The position numbers and the translations under genes are program-made. 64,000 bases of DNA, from NCBI GenBank assembly GCA_964521095.1, contig CAZFPJ010000003.1:12350-76349 (forward strand), in the 5' to 3' direction. The DNA is from an uncultured Candidatus Saccharibacteria bacterium. GTDB lineage: Bacteria; Patescibacteriota; Saccharimonadia; Saccharimonadales; 2-12-FULL-41-12. Shown in pieces: positions 52,233 to 61,707 of the stretch (position 1 is the stretch's first letter; the number at the start of each line of letters is the position of its first letter). The notes beneath the pieces were generated by a model. It made no database searches. It was not told where the DNA came from and saw only the letters and a program-made list of their open reading frames with translations.

Positions 52233-52964
52233 TTATTGAGTCGGGCCGGTTAGTGATGCCGCAGCAAGCTGATCACTAGTGTAACGATACCGAGTCGAAG
52301 AACCGTGCAGTAGTCGCCCTTTACTACTAGTGTTTAGGAGGATGGTATTAGCATACCATCGATATGGATCCGATGTGTCACTATTTGGCGGGGCAAACTT
52401 CAGCTTATAACTAAAGTTTCGCACTTGGCCGGCTCGCATATTTACCTTCTTTTTGTAGCTAGTTGTGTCAGACTCCATCAGAAAGACAACGCCCTTTCTT
52501 TTCTTACAGCTTTTCGCTTGCACTTTATACTTAACTTCTGTGTCTATGCTAGGGACTTCAGATTCATAAGTTGAACCTTTAACTTTTTTAATTGGAGTTG
52601 GACTAATTATTCGAGTCTGAAAGGCTGGCCTGCCTTTTCGGCACTTCTTAAAGCTTCCTTTGGTAATACCTAGAGATGAAACTGAAGCTTGATGGCCTGC
52701 AGAATGAGCAGTTACTTCTGCTGCTTGTGCTCCACTCTCTTTACTCATTGCTAGCCCCATTGCACCTATAGCCGCAACTGTAGCTACCGTTACTCCTAGC
52801 TTAGACTCGCGCATGCGGTCCATTAGGCTGTGTTCTTGGGTTAATGATGCTTGTTGTTCGGGTGTAACTTGGTCAATACCTACCGGTGGCTGTAGCTCTG
52901 GGTTGTTCAATACTTGTTCGTGGCGTATCTCTGGGTTATTCATAAGACTTTGCCTCCTCACCAT
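52233..52964 (-). CDS. Hypothetical protein with a central TM segment (243 aa)
   Basis: ORF track; LGVTVATVAAIGAMGLAM helix and a Lys/Arg-rich C-terminal domain. Confidence 0.45.
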   Translation of the reverse strand: MVRRQSLMNNPEIRHEQVLNNPELQPPVGIDQVTPEQQASLTQEHSLMDRMRESKLGVTVATVAAIGAMGLAMSKESGAQAAEVTAHSAGHQASVSSLGITKGSFKKCRKGRPAFQTRIISPTPIKKVKGSTYESEVPSIDTEVKYKVQAKSCKKRKGVVFLMESDTTSYKKKVNMRAGQVRNFSYKLKFAPPNSDTSDPYRWYANTILLNTSSKGRLLHGSSTRYRYTSDQLAAASLTGPTQ

Positions 52965-53035
52965 TTATTTTACACTACAATCATACCATATCTGAGAACA
53001 TAATGCAACACCCTCCATTCACATTCTCCCCACAC

Positions 53036-53740
53036 CTTCTGTTTCCAAGGACTGTCCTTGGAAACAGAAGATAAATCGTTAATTGTTTGCAAGCATATGC
53101 TCAAGCTGGTCAATCGTATCTTTGTAATCTCTGTGGTCCTTGATGAAAGTACTGTACTCCCTCTTGTTATCAAACATATCGAGCATCTTTTGAGGACTCA
53201 CCCAATCAGCATTCTTCTTGCCAAGATAGTACTGCAAACTCGAAAACTCCCATTTTTGATAATCATCAGGGTTAAGGTGTATATATCTCGTTATATGTAA
53301 TAAATATGAATCAGTGACAATATGTGATGCTTTATACCTAGCCTGAAAAAGAGGACCAACCCTTTTGTATTTCTTATTAAAATAACCCGTGTAAGCAGTA
53401 AGGACGCCGTGCATAAGGTGCTTCATCGCATACATATCGCTTTGATAAAGCAGTAGATGAAAGTGATTTGGCATCAGACAGTAAGCCAACATCTCCACCT
53501 GATCTTTGAGCCATGGATACTCTCTTCCTTTTAGGTCTTTTACTGGCGCGTCACTTAGATAACGCTTAAATAAATTTAGGAATACTGAGTAGTCTTCTTC
53601 ATCGATAAAGATCTCCCTCTTGTTCACTCCCCTGTTGTACACATGGTAGTAAGCATCTTCCAGATAGTCTTTTTGTGTATTGCGGCTTGGCATAACAATC
53701 TAAATATACCACACCATTTCCAAGGACAGTCCTTGGAAAT
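53036..53740 (-). mobile_element. REPtron-like unit: IS200-like/RAYT gene bracketed by two related palindromic hairpins
   Basis: Hairpin 1 (53036-53070) is cttctgtttccaaggac-t-gtccttggaaacagaag, a 17-bp perfect stem. Hairpin 2 (53716-53740) is atttccaaggac-a-gtccttggaaat, a 12-bp perfect stem. Both are preceded by cacacc and share the core tttccaaggacNgtccttggaaa. Confidence 0.7.
53079..53693 (-). CDS. IS200-like Y1 (HUH) transposase / REP-associated tyrosine transposase (RAYT)-like
   Basis: YHVYNRGVNKREIF, LAYCLMPNHFHLLL (HUH motif), and RYIHLNP with downstream Tyr. 204 aa. Confidence 0.8.
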   Translation of the reverse strand: MPSRNTQKDYLEDAYYHVYNRGVNKREIFIDEEDYSVFLNLFKRYLSDAPVKDLKGREYPWLKDQVEMLAYCLMPNHFHLLLYQSDMYAMKHLMHGVLTAYTGYFNKKYKRVGPLFQARYKASHIVTDSYLLHITRYIHLNPDDYQKWEFSSLQYYLGKKNADWVSPQKMLDMFDNKREYSTFIKDHRDYKDTIDQLEHMLANN

Positions 53741-53791
53741 AAGACTAAGCAAATACGGTAGTGTAGTGTGTCTGCATTTATAGTGCTCTTT

Positions 53792-54205
53792 CTAGACTAA
53801 CGGCCTGATGCCCGTGGCGGTGTCTATCCATGTAGGTTGGTTGGGGTCAATGCGCCGCGCCATGTCCCTTGCACCTTTATCTCTGTCTATAATGTTTTTT
53901 AACAACTGCAACTGCTGCCCTTCTATGGGGTTGGTGTCTGCAAGTTCTAGTTTTTGAGTTAGTTGGTCGTACATGCTGGGGCGTAGATAAATATCTGCCA
54001 GTTCTTTGTCTTGGATTTCAGGAAGAGGATTGTTGTCTAGACGAGTCATAACATCTGCGGCCATGAGCAAGCGCAAGCCCTCTCTTTGGTCTAATAGATT
54101 ATGTCTAACTGCCTCTGAGAGCCCAGAGTCATCTAGTTGGCCGTCTAGCTCGGCGACCTTGTCTTGCAGTAGTTCTAACTCTGAGTGGGGGGCTTGCTCT
54201 ACCAT
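53792..54205 (-). CDS. Hypothetical acidic protein (137 aa)
   Basis: ORF track only. Confidence 0.4.
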   Translation of the reverse strand: MVEQAPHSELELLQDKVAELDGQLDDSGLSEAVRHNLLDQREGLRLLMAADVMTRLDNNPLPEIQDKELADIYLRPSMYDQLTQKLELADTNPIEGQQLQLLKNIIDRDKGARDMARRIDPNQPTWIDTATGIRPLV

Positions 54206-54210
54206 AGTGT

Positions 54211-54612
54211 TTATTTACCTAAATCATCGAAGTCTTGGGGCGATTCTTCGCTAGCTATCTGACGGTGTATATCGTCTACGCTAAAAACTCCGTTATCAGA
54301 AGCGACTTGCCTAGCTTTTGCGTCCCATATTTCACTGCGGTTCCTGTCTGTAGCATCTTGACTTGGCGTATCTACTCCAGCCATGGATCGGCGCGCTTCG
54401 ATGTTGCCTTGTGTAGGCAAAGCGTCTTTGATTTGCTGAATCTGCTCGGGCGTCACAGATGCGCCAAATATCTCTTGGGCTCGTGCAACTGGCGAGTCTT
54501 CTTGCAGGTTTAGTGGTATTGGTTGTTTGTTTTCCATATTTTTTTGATTTTTTAGATTATTAACACCTTGCAGTATACCGCAATATCGGTATTTTGTCAA
54601 TAGGCATAGCAC
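54211..54612 (-). CDS. Hypothetical acidic protein (start probably the internal MENKQPIP...)
   Basis: ORF track only. 5 nt upstream of the previous ORF. Confidence 0.4.
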   Translation of the reverse strand: MLCLLTKYRYCGILQGVNNLKNQKNMENKQPIPLNLQEDSPVARAQEIFGASVTPEQIQQIKDALPTQGNIEARRSMAGVDTPSQDATDRNRSEIWDAKARQVASDNGVFSVDDIHRQIASEESPQDFDDLGK

Positions 54613-54641
54613 CTACCCCGCTATTCGCAAGTGCGGATATT

Positions 54642-56447
54642 TTAGTCTTCTTGTTTGCGTCGTTTTTTTGCTAGGACAAACCACAGCAAGCTAAATATAG
54701 CTAGGAGTATCGCCAACCAAACATACCAGGCAAGCCCTAGCCAACCGTTTTGATGGCCAGCCTTAACCGATGCATCAGAGGACACGCCAGCTTCTGTGCC
54801 CAACACCTTGTCGTCTTTGTTGTCTGTTGACTGGTTTTGCGTGGCACCGTTGGCCTGGTCGTCGTCTGCGCCAACTCCTGCATTGTTAGCCAAAACAACA
54901 CCTTGCTGTTGAGCTGGAGCAACAGCTACTCGAGCGACTGGCTGATTAGCCCCCCCTGTCTGACCCTGCTGTCCGCCAGTTGTTCCCTCGCCAGAACCAC
55001 CGCCAGTTCCGCCACCTGGAGGTAATACCTCTGGAGTGACTACTGGATTATCGATTAGAGTTGAGCGAAATAGCGGAACAGAGTGGTGCGTTGCGTTGTC
55101 CTGAGCTACAACAAGCACACAATATGGACCATTTAAGTCGGCCGTGCTAATTGTTGCCTCATATGTGTTGCCACTGGTCAAAGTGCCGTATGCCGAGCGC
55201 ATCGGTAGCAAATTGTTTTTGCATTCACCCGAAGGCTCTGGCTGAGCTAGGTGAAATTGCACAGATTTGATGCCATTAAGGTCGGTTGCTTCGGCAGACA
55301 CAGTTATCTGAGTAGATGCAGTCGGTGGAACAATAAAGTTCGAAACTGTTGGCAATGCCCCGTCGATTGTAAATGGCAGACTTATTAAATTATCCACCCG
55401 GTTGTTGGCCCGTGTGTAGGTTGTAGTACTAGCAGTATATGTGCCCTCTGCAAGAGGAACCCAGGTGCTAGCTGTTTTGACATCACAAAATAGGTAATTA
55501 CCGGCTTGGCGTAGGTCGCACTGATCACGAAGTACTGTATGCTGAATACCGTTAACCGTGACGATCATCCTAGAAAATTGATTAAACTGGTCTTCTACCC
55601 TTAGTCGCACTGGGTTATCCGATGGACGAAAAACTGTTCGGCTTGGGCTAGGAGTAACATACAAAGCTGTAGGCTGATCTATAGAATATATCGTATTGCT
55701 ACCGGTTACAGGGTACCAGGTACTGTTCATCTGAAATTCGGCTGTTACAGCATACTGGCCACCTGGCAAAGATGGCGCAACCCTAAACTGCCTGTCACCA
55801 GCACCATTTGGCCATTGCCCGGCCTGAATATGCTCATAGCCACTGACTCCATTAAAGTCAGTCGCTCCGTCAAAGTTAAATCGTACTGCGCTGGCACCAT
55901 TTGGAACCCGCACTGCAGAGGCTACATCTACCCCGTTGTTGGCGCGGATATATCGTTGGTCGCCAATAAAGTTAGATTGACTAGCCGTCGGGGCTTGAAA
56001 TCCCCAAGTGACACTAGGAATAGAACAGCCATCAACCATACTAAACACTATATTGGCAGTTCGCACAGTTCCATCTGCAAAATGGTAAGTATAATTTAGC
56101 TGAGATTGATTCTCTACTATATAAAGCCAATGCCAGCTAGGGGAGCTACTCATATATCCTGGGACTGGTCCTGCGTTTAGACCAGTAAGTCCACCGTGCG
56201 AGCCTTTATTGAAGGTTGGTGTGTCGTTCCTGTTGCTAAGTGATGTACCCCAGTTTATCTCCCACATTTTGTAGCTAGGAAAGTCATAAGTACAAACAGG
56301 GGCGGCGGATGCTTTTTGGACAAAGCCAAATATGGGCAGGGTTGTCTGTGCCATAAAGGCCAATGCCATAGCAGTGATTAATAATCGTTTTCCCACCTGA
56401 GCGCGTTTGCGCAATGCATCAATCTTCATAGAATTAAGAACCTCCAT
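54642..56447 (-). CDS. Secreted surface protein (601 aa) with a Gly/Thr/Gln-rich stalk and C-terminal TM + basic tail
   Basis: Signal-like N-terminus (...VQKASAAP), beta-rich body, GGGTGGGSGEGTTGGQQGQTGG linker, and C-terminus WLGLAWYVWLAILLAIFSLLWFVLA-KKRRKQED. Confidence 0.65.
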   Translation of the reverse strand: MEVLNSMKIDALRKRAQVGKRLLITAMALAFMAQTTLPIFGFVQKASAAPVCTYDFPSYKMWEINWGTSLSNRNDTPTFNKGSHGGLTGLNAGPVPGYMSSSPSWHWLYIVENQSQLNYTYHFADGTVRTANIVFSMVDGCSIPSVTWGFQAPTASQSNFIGDQRYIRANNGVDVASAVRVPNGASAVRFNFDGATDFNGVSGYEHIQAGQWPNGAGDRQFRVAPSLPGGQYAVTAEFQMNSTWYPVTGSNTIYSIDQPTALYVTPSPSRTVFRPSDNPVRLRVEDQFNQFSRMIVTVNGIQHTVLRDQCDLRQAGNYLFCDVKTASTWVPLAEGTYTASTTTYTRANNRVDNLISLPFTIDGALPTVSNFIVPPTASTQITVSAEATDLNGIKSVQFHLAQPEPSGECKNNLLPMRSAYGTLTSGNTYEATISTADLNGPYCVLVVAQDNATHHSVPLFRSTLIDNPVVTPEVLPPGGGTGGGSGEGTTGGQQGQTGGANQPVARVAVAPAQQQGVVLANNAGVGADDDQANGATQNQSTDNKDDKVLGTEAGVSSDASVKAGHQNGWLGLAWYVWLAILLAIFSLLWFVLAKKRRKQED

Positions 56448-56528
56448 CTCTTTATTCGTTTAGCAATTATATCACAAAAATGAAAAAGTTACCAGAGCAA
56501 TATTTTTTCTCTGGTATACTATCTCTCA

Positions 56529-57608
56529 ATGGCTTTATCTATTGGAATTGTGGGATTGCCCAATGTTGGCAAATCAACCCTATTTAATGCACTGACTGAC
56601 AATAATATTTTGGCAGCTAACTACCCATTTGCCACGATTGAGCCAAATACGGGCATTGTTGGCGTGCCCGATACACGTCTGGCAAAATTAGCTGAATTAT
56701 ACGGCAGCGAAAAGACAATCCCGGCTAGCGTGACGTTCGTCGATATTGCGGGACTGGTAAGCGGAGCCAGCCAGGGCGAAGGCCTGGGTAACCAATTTTT
56801 GACACATATCCGCAGCTGCAATGCAATTGTGCAGGTAGTGCGAGCTTTTGAGGATAACGATGTTGTTCACGTCAGCGAGAAACATGACCCAAAACAAGAT
56901 ATTGAAGTTATTGTTACTGAGCTAGTTTTGGCAGACCTGCAAACTGTTGAGAAGCGAATTCCACGACTCGAAAAAGAGGTGCGAGCTAACCCTAAAGTAA
57001 AACCACTGCTAGATGAAACATTGAAGGTAAAAAAGTTGCTCGATGCTGGCGTGCCGGTATCTGCAAAAGCCTCGGAGCTTGATATGGATGCCGTGGCAGA
57101 CCTGCAACTGATTACTAGCAAACCAATGATTTACTTGTTTAACGTGGATGAAAATGTGCTGGCTGACCAAGCCAAACAACAAGAACTGCAAAAGCTGGTA
57201 GCTCCTGCAGAGGCGCTATTTGTCTGTGCAAAGCTAGAAAGTGAGCTTTCTGGGTTAGACGATACAGATGCCCAGGAATTGCTAGAAAGTTATGGTGTAA
57301 AAGAGTCTGGTTTGGATGCATTAGCTCACGCTGCATATGACACACTGGGCCTTCAGAGTTATCTGACAGCTGGACCAAAAGAAGTCCGAGCTTGGACTAT
57401 TACCAAAGGCGCTACTGCCCCGCAAGCAGCCGGCGTGATTCATGGCGACTTCGAGCGAGGGTTTATTGCTGCACAAGTGGTTGATTATAACGATTTAATT
57501 GCGGCTGGCTCTGAGGCAGGAGCCAAAAGTGCCGGCAAAGTTCGTACCGAAGGTAAAGACTACGTGATGAAGCCAGGTGATGTTGTTGAGTTTCGTTTCA
57601 ATGTTTAA
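56529..57608 (+). CDS. ychF: Ribosome-binding ATPase YchF
   Basis: GIVGLPNVGKSTLFNALT, a TGS-like C-terminus, and the typical 359 aa. Confidence 0.95.
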   Translation: MALSIGIVGLPNVGKSTLFNALTDNNILAANYPFATIEPNTGIVGVPDTRLAKLAELYGSEKTIPASVTFVDIAGLVSGASQGEGLGNQFLTHIRSCNAIVQVVRAFEDNDVVHVSEKHDPKQDIEVIVTELVLADLQTVEKRIPRLEKEVRANPKVKPLLDETLKVKKLLDAGVPVSAKASELDMDAVADLQLITSKPMIYLFNVDENVLADQAKQQELQKLVAPAEALFVCAKLESELSGLDDTDAQELLESYGVKESGLDALAHAAYDTLGLQSYLTAGPKEVRAWTITKGATAPQAAGVIHGDFERGFIAAQVVDYNDLIAAGSEAGAKSAGKVRTEGKDYVMKPGDVVEFRFNV

Positions 57609-57664
57609 AATTAGTGACTTTATATTGTAAAGTAACTCATTGTCCCTTATACTATTAGTCAACT

Positions 57665-58417
57665 ATGAGCGCACTTGTTATTAAAGACTTACAAAAAACC
57701 TATGATGAAGGCAAAGTAAAAGCCCTAAGAGGAGTTAGCCTAGAAATTGCCGAGGGGTCTTTTTATGGCTTGCTTGGCCCCAATGGTGCCGGCAAGTCCA
57801 CCCTAATACACAGCATCACCGGTCTAGTAATCCCTACCGGCGGGACTGCTAAGGTTTTTGGGAAAGATGCAGTCAGCGAATATCAAGAAGCCCGAGCCAT
57901 GGTGGGTTTTGCACCCCAAGAAATTAACCTGGACTGGTTTTTGACGGTAGAAGGCACTCTGGACTATCATGGTCGGTATTTTGGCATGGCCAAAGAATAT
58001 CGCAAACAGCGCGCCGAAAAATTAATGAAAATATTCTCGTTAACTGATAAGAAAGAGACTCGCACAAACTTTTTGTCTGGAGGCATGAAACGCCGACTAA
58101 TTATTGCCAGAGCTTTGATGCACGAACCAAAACTACTAATACTTGACGAGCCAACTGCCGGTGTCGATGTAGAGTTGCGCCACGAGCTATGGGAATACAT
58201 GGAAAAGCTGAACCGCGAAGAAGGTACAACAATCCTTTTGACTACACATTACATAGAAGAAGCCGAAAAGTTATGTGACCAAATTTCTTTAATTAATAAA
58301 GGTAAGCTTATCAAAACTGGCACTGTTGATGAGTTAAAGAAGATTTATAAAAAGAAAACTTTGGAAGATGTATACCTAGAGGCAATCTACAAAAAGAACA
58401 AAGGAGCTAAAAAATGA
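57665..58417 (+). CDS. ABC transporter ATP-binding protein (ABC-2/DrrA-like)
   Basis: Walker A GPNGAGKST, signature LSGGMKRR, Walker B LLILDEPT. Confidence 0.9.
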   Translation: MSALVIKDLQKTYDEGKVKALRGVSLEIAEGSFYGLLGPNGAGKSTLIHSITGLVIPTGGTAKVFGKDAVSEYQEARAMVGFAPQEINLDWFLTVEGTLDYHGRYFGMAKEYRKQRAEKLMKIFSLTDKKETRTNFLSGGMKRRLIIARALMHEPKLLILDEPTAGVDVELRHELWEYMEKLNREEGTTILLTTHYIEEAEKLCDQISLINKGKLIKTGTVDELKKIYKKKTLEDVYLEAIYKKNKGAKK

Positions 58418-59172
58418 TGGTTGGCTGGCTTGGGGTTCTTAGGCGAGAACTTGAGAGGATTTGGGTTATCAAACGGCAAACCATAGGCGCACCGTTACTT
58501 GAAACTTATCTTTACATCAGTGTTTTTGGAGCAGCCTTGGGTAGTAAGATTAACGATATCAATGGCGTTTCTTATGTTCAATTTATCATACCTGGTTTGG
58601 CTATGATGGCGCTCGCAATTAATGCTTTCTCTAACAACGCCTCTTCCCTGCTTCAACAAAAAATGATGAAAGCAATTGACGACCAACTCACCTCGCCGGT
58701 CTCTTATGCAGGCCTCCTGGTGTCATTTACACTGGGAGGCTTTGTCCGTGGAGCAGTTATCTCGGGACTGACCTTGATGACTGCCGGACTACTGATTGAC
58801 TTGCCTATCGCACACCCATGGCTACTATTGCTCAGTATGACTGTAATCGGTCTGTTCTTTGCATCTTTGGGGGTTTTGATAGGGCTAAGAGCAAAGGTCT
58901 TCGATAACATCAGCTTTTATCAAACCTTCATACTGCAGCCACTTATATTTCTTGGTGGTGTGTTCTACTCTGCAACCCTTTTGCACGGCGTTTTTAGAAC
59001 TCTTACCGAGCTCAACCCAATTTATTACATGATAAATACTGTCCGATATTCGATGCTTGGCACAGCAGATGTAAACCCAGCGATTGCCCTACCAATCATA
59101 ACCGCTGTTACGGTTGCGCTAATTAGCTTTAACTATTACCTCTTCAAAAAGGGCCACAACCTGCGAGCCTAG
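58414..59172 (+). CDS. ABC-2 type transporter permease
   Basis: Six hydrophobic segments. 4-nt overlap with the ATPase gene. Confidence 0.8.
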   Translation: MMVGWLGVLRRELERIWVIKRQTIGAPLLETYLYISVFGAALGSKINDINGVSYVQFIIPGLAMMALAINAFSNNASSLLQQKMMKAIDDQLTSPVSYAGLLVSFTLGGFVRGAVISGLTLMTAGLLIDLPIAHPWLLLLSMTVIGLFFASLGVLIGLRAKVFDNISFYQTFILQPLIFLGGVFYSATLLHGVFRTLTELNPIYYMINTVRYSMLGTADVNPAIALPIITAVTVALISFNYYLFKKGHNLRA

Positions 59173-59181
59173 TTATCCTGA

Positions 59182-60123
59182 TTAAGGGTTTAGCTCTTCT
59201 TCGACAACTTTAGTAACCTGGGCAATCTGCCCAAAGTTACCGCCCTGGCTCATAACTACTATGACATACGATCGCTTACCGTGAGTGACTATCCCGGCGT
59301 CATGAGTTACCTGCCCTACTTGGCCAGTCTTGTTGGCTGTTCGACAATTGGCGCAACCCGATGGCAAACCTTCAGTAAACTTTTGGGCATACAGGGCATC
59401 AAACACGATTCGTCTGGCTTTGTCGCTAAGCAATTTGCCTCGCTTTAAGTTAACAAGCAGATCGCCTACTTCATTTGCTGTTGTTCGTGGAGTGCCATTA
59501 ACGGTAGTGTTCTTGTAGCCCATACTGCTGTTAAATTGATCAACATAGTTCCAGTTAGCCATATAGGCAACAGACTTGGCGCAGTCGTTGTCGGACACCC
59601 GGAGCATGGCGTCGACACAATCTTTGACGTTAGTGCCACCCAGTCTATAGTAGTTCCATTTGTCAGCTGGTGTTTTGCTCTCTAACGGAGCCAGCAAGAA
59701 TAATTTGTATAGACTAGCTGACTCAAACGAATCGTCGCCGTTAATGGTCGCCGATCTATTAGTTTCTAGGTCGCGAACAAAGACAGACCACTTTTGATCT
59801 TTTGGAAAAGTAGCAATCACCCCATTAATACTCTTCTCCAGGCCTGCGTCTTGCTTTGGTAGGTCAGTAGCTATAGGCAAAGAAGTATCTTTAGGTTGTG
59901 CCTTGTCCTTTTGCGATTCATGCGCTTCAACAGACTGATGAGATAACCCAGATGCAACAAATAGTGGCATCACCTGAGTTTTGACCCCAAGACCAATTAG
60001 TCCAGTTAGCACCACCACGCCAAACGCATTTCTTAGCAAATGGCTCTGAGCCCTACTAACGCCTTTTTTATAGTGGAATCGTCCAACCTTTTTTGGTGCA
60101 GGACTAAGAAACCTAGTTCCCAT
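59182..60123 (-). CDS. Serine hydrolase, class A beta-lactamase/PBP-related, N-terminally anchored
   Basis: S-x-x-K (SLYK), SDN (RVSDND) and KTG (NKTGQV) motifs in the expected order. Confidence 0.6.
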   Translation of the reverse strand: MGTRFLSPAPKKVGRFHYKKGVSRAQSHLLRNAFGVVVLTGLIGLGVKTQVMPLFVASGLSHQSVEAHESQKDKAQPKDTSLPIATDLPKQDAGLEKSINGVIATFPKDQKWSVFVRDLETNRSATINGDDSFESASLYKLFLLAPLESKTPADKWNYYRLGGTNVKDCVDAMLRVSDNDCAKSVAYMANWNYVDQFNSSMGYKNTTVNGTPRTTANEVGDLLVNLKRGKLLSDKARRIVFDALYAQKFTEGLPSGCANCRTANKTGQVGQVTHDAGIVTHGKRSYVIVVMSQGGNFGQIAQVTKVVEEELNP

Positions 60124-60279
60124 CTTTTTGTCTCTCTTTTTTAGTGTTCGATTTTATTTTTGCCTACGGTTTTTATCTGTTGGCTATATGCTTTGAACTG
60201 TAGCATAAGCGTATATGCAATGCAAACATTTTTTGTACAATTTAGACAATTTAGTGCGAACAATTTTTGTAAGCAAATA

Positions 60280-60936
60280 CTACCAGCTGAACACAACTTT
60301 GCGTATAGACTGCACCGCTTGTTCGTAAGTTGGCAAAATATTGTCTGTGTAATAGTGGTCAGTCTTTAAATAATTCTCCACAACACCCAGACAAAAAATT
60401 TGATCAGATGATAAATGCATATAATCTACCACCGATAATGCAGTAATTGGAGTAGCTATAATTAATTTTCGAATTTCTATGGGTTTTAAATAATCTATCA
60501 CAACTTCTAGCTGAGACCGATCCTCTAGGCTATCCGAAACCAATATTATCTCGTGCCTTTTAAGAAGCTCCTTTTTTATTACACCATCATGGCCAATAAT
60601 TCGATTGAGTTTTTGGAAAGCTTTAAACTGCTCTTGGCCTATGACCTGATGATAATTGGATTTTAAATAGTCCAACTGCCCATCAGAATATTTACTACTA
60701 TAAACAAAGTTGCCACCAGTAGAAGCTGTGCCAATCGTTCCCTCTCCAGGGATATCAACGGTTTCTGTCTCGATAATATACAAAGAAGCATGCAGACCTC
60801 GAGCAATCTCGCTGGCAACCAACGAGCCACCACTGCTTAATGCAATAACTGCAGGATTAATATAAAAATCACCCTTAGATCTTATCTGCTCCAGCAGTAA
60901 GCGACCCGCCTCGGTACGACTCTTGAAGTATTGCAT
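60280..60936 (-). CDS. Phosphoribosyltransferase-family protein
   Basis: N-terminal F.SR.EAGRLL and a PRPP-loop-like EIILVSDSLEDRSQL. Assignment by pattern. Confidence 0.5.
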   Translation of the reverse strand: MQYFKSRTEAGRLLLEQIRSKGDFYINPAVIALSSGGSLVASEIARGLHASLYIIETETVDIPGEGTIGTASTGGNFVYSSKYSDGQLDYLKSNYHQVIGQEQFKAFQKLNRIIGHDGVIKKELLKRHEIILVSDSLEDRSQLEVVIDYLKPIEIRKLIIATPITALSVVDYMHLSSDQIFCLGVVENYLKTDHYYTDNILPTYEQAVQSIRKVVFSW

Positions 60937-60973
60937 TGCTGAAGGTTATTTTAACATAACCGACTACAGCAAA

Positions 60974-61687
60974 TCACAAAGCCCTAAGCAAATAAAACCT
61001 CTCTAGATTACCCTTTTCGCCAGCGACTTTGCTATCCATCTTGGCCACTATTTTAAATTGTTTTTGCGCCCATAGTTCAAAATCTTTCAAGATGACTCGG
61101 CGCATAGCGTCATTTTTGATCACACCTTTATGCTTTGCTTGGTCTCCAGCCTCAAATTGCGGTTTTAGCATAGCTACGATTAAACACTTTCTCGGTACCA
61201 GCCCTGCAATATGTGGCAAAACTGCCCGCAGACTGATAAAACTAACATCTATAACCACAATATCTGGTGCTTTGCTTAATAATTCTATGTTTCGTATATC
61301 TGTTTGTTCGTGTAGTTCGATTTTTGGATTGTTTTGTAGAGTTGGATGAAGCTGGTCTGTGCCAACATCAACAGCTATAACTTTTTTGGCGCCGTGCTGT
61401 AGTGCGTAATCTGTAAAACCACCAGTGCTACTGCCGACATCCAAGATTACTTTACCCAAAAAATCAATTTTTAGATCGCTAGCTACAGAAGCTAGTTTGA
61501 GCCCAGCTCTAGAAACATATTGTTTATCTGCCAGCAAAGCAATCCTGTCTGATAAGTTTACGCTATAGCCTGGTTTTGCAATAATCCGCCCATTTACATT
61601 AACCTGTTTCAAGCGAATATAGCTCTCGGCCTGAGACCTAGTCGAAACAAGTCCTCTAGCCAATAGCTCCTTATCTAGACGACTCAT
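60974..61687 (-). CDS. tlyA: TlyA-family rRNA 2'-O-methyltransferase
   Basis: S4-like N-terminus (RLDKELLARGLVSTRSQAESYI), VSRAGLKL and DVGSSTGGFTD. Confidence 0.85.
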   Translation of the reverse strand: MSRLDKELLARGLVSTRSQAESYIRLKQVNVNGRIIAKPGYSVNLSDRIALLADKQYVSRAGLKLASVASDLKIDFLGKVILDVGSSTGGFTDYALQHGAKKVIAVDVGTDQLHPTLQNNPKIELHEQTDIRNIELLSKAPDIVVIDVSFISLRAVLPHIAGLVPRKCLIVAMLKPQFEAGDQAKHKGVIKNDAMRRVILKDFELWAQKQFKIVAKMDSKVAGEKGNLERFYLLRAL

Positions 61688-61707
61688 CTACAATGCTTGG
61701 TCTTGTA

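Noticed and set aside
52970-53173. 67-aa minus-strand ORF between the 243-aa gene and the RAYT gene
   Set aside because: It reads straight through the 35-nt REP-like palindrome and overlaps the RAYT 3' end, so it is not credible as a gene.
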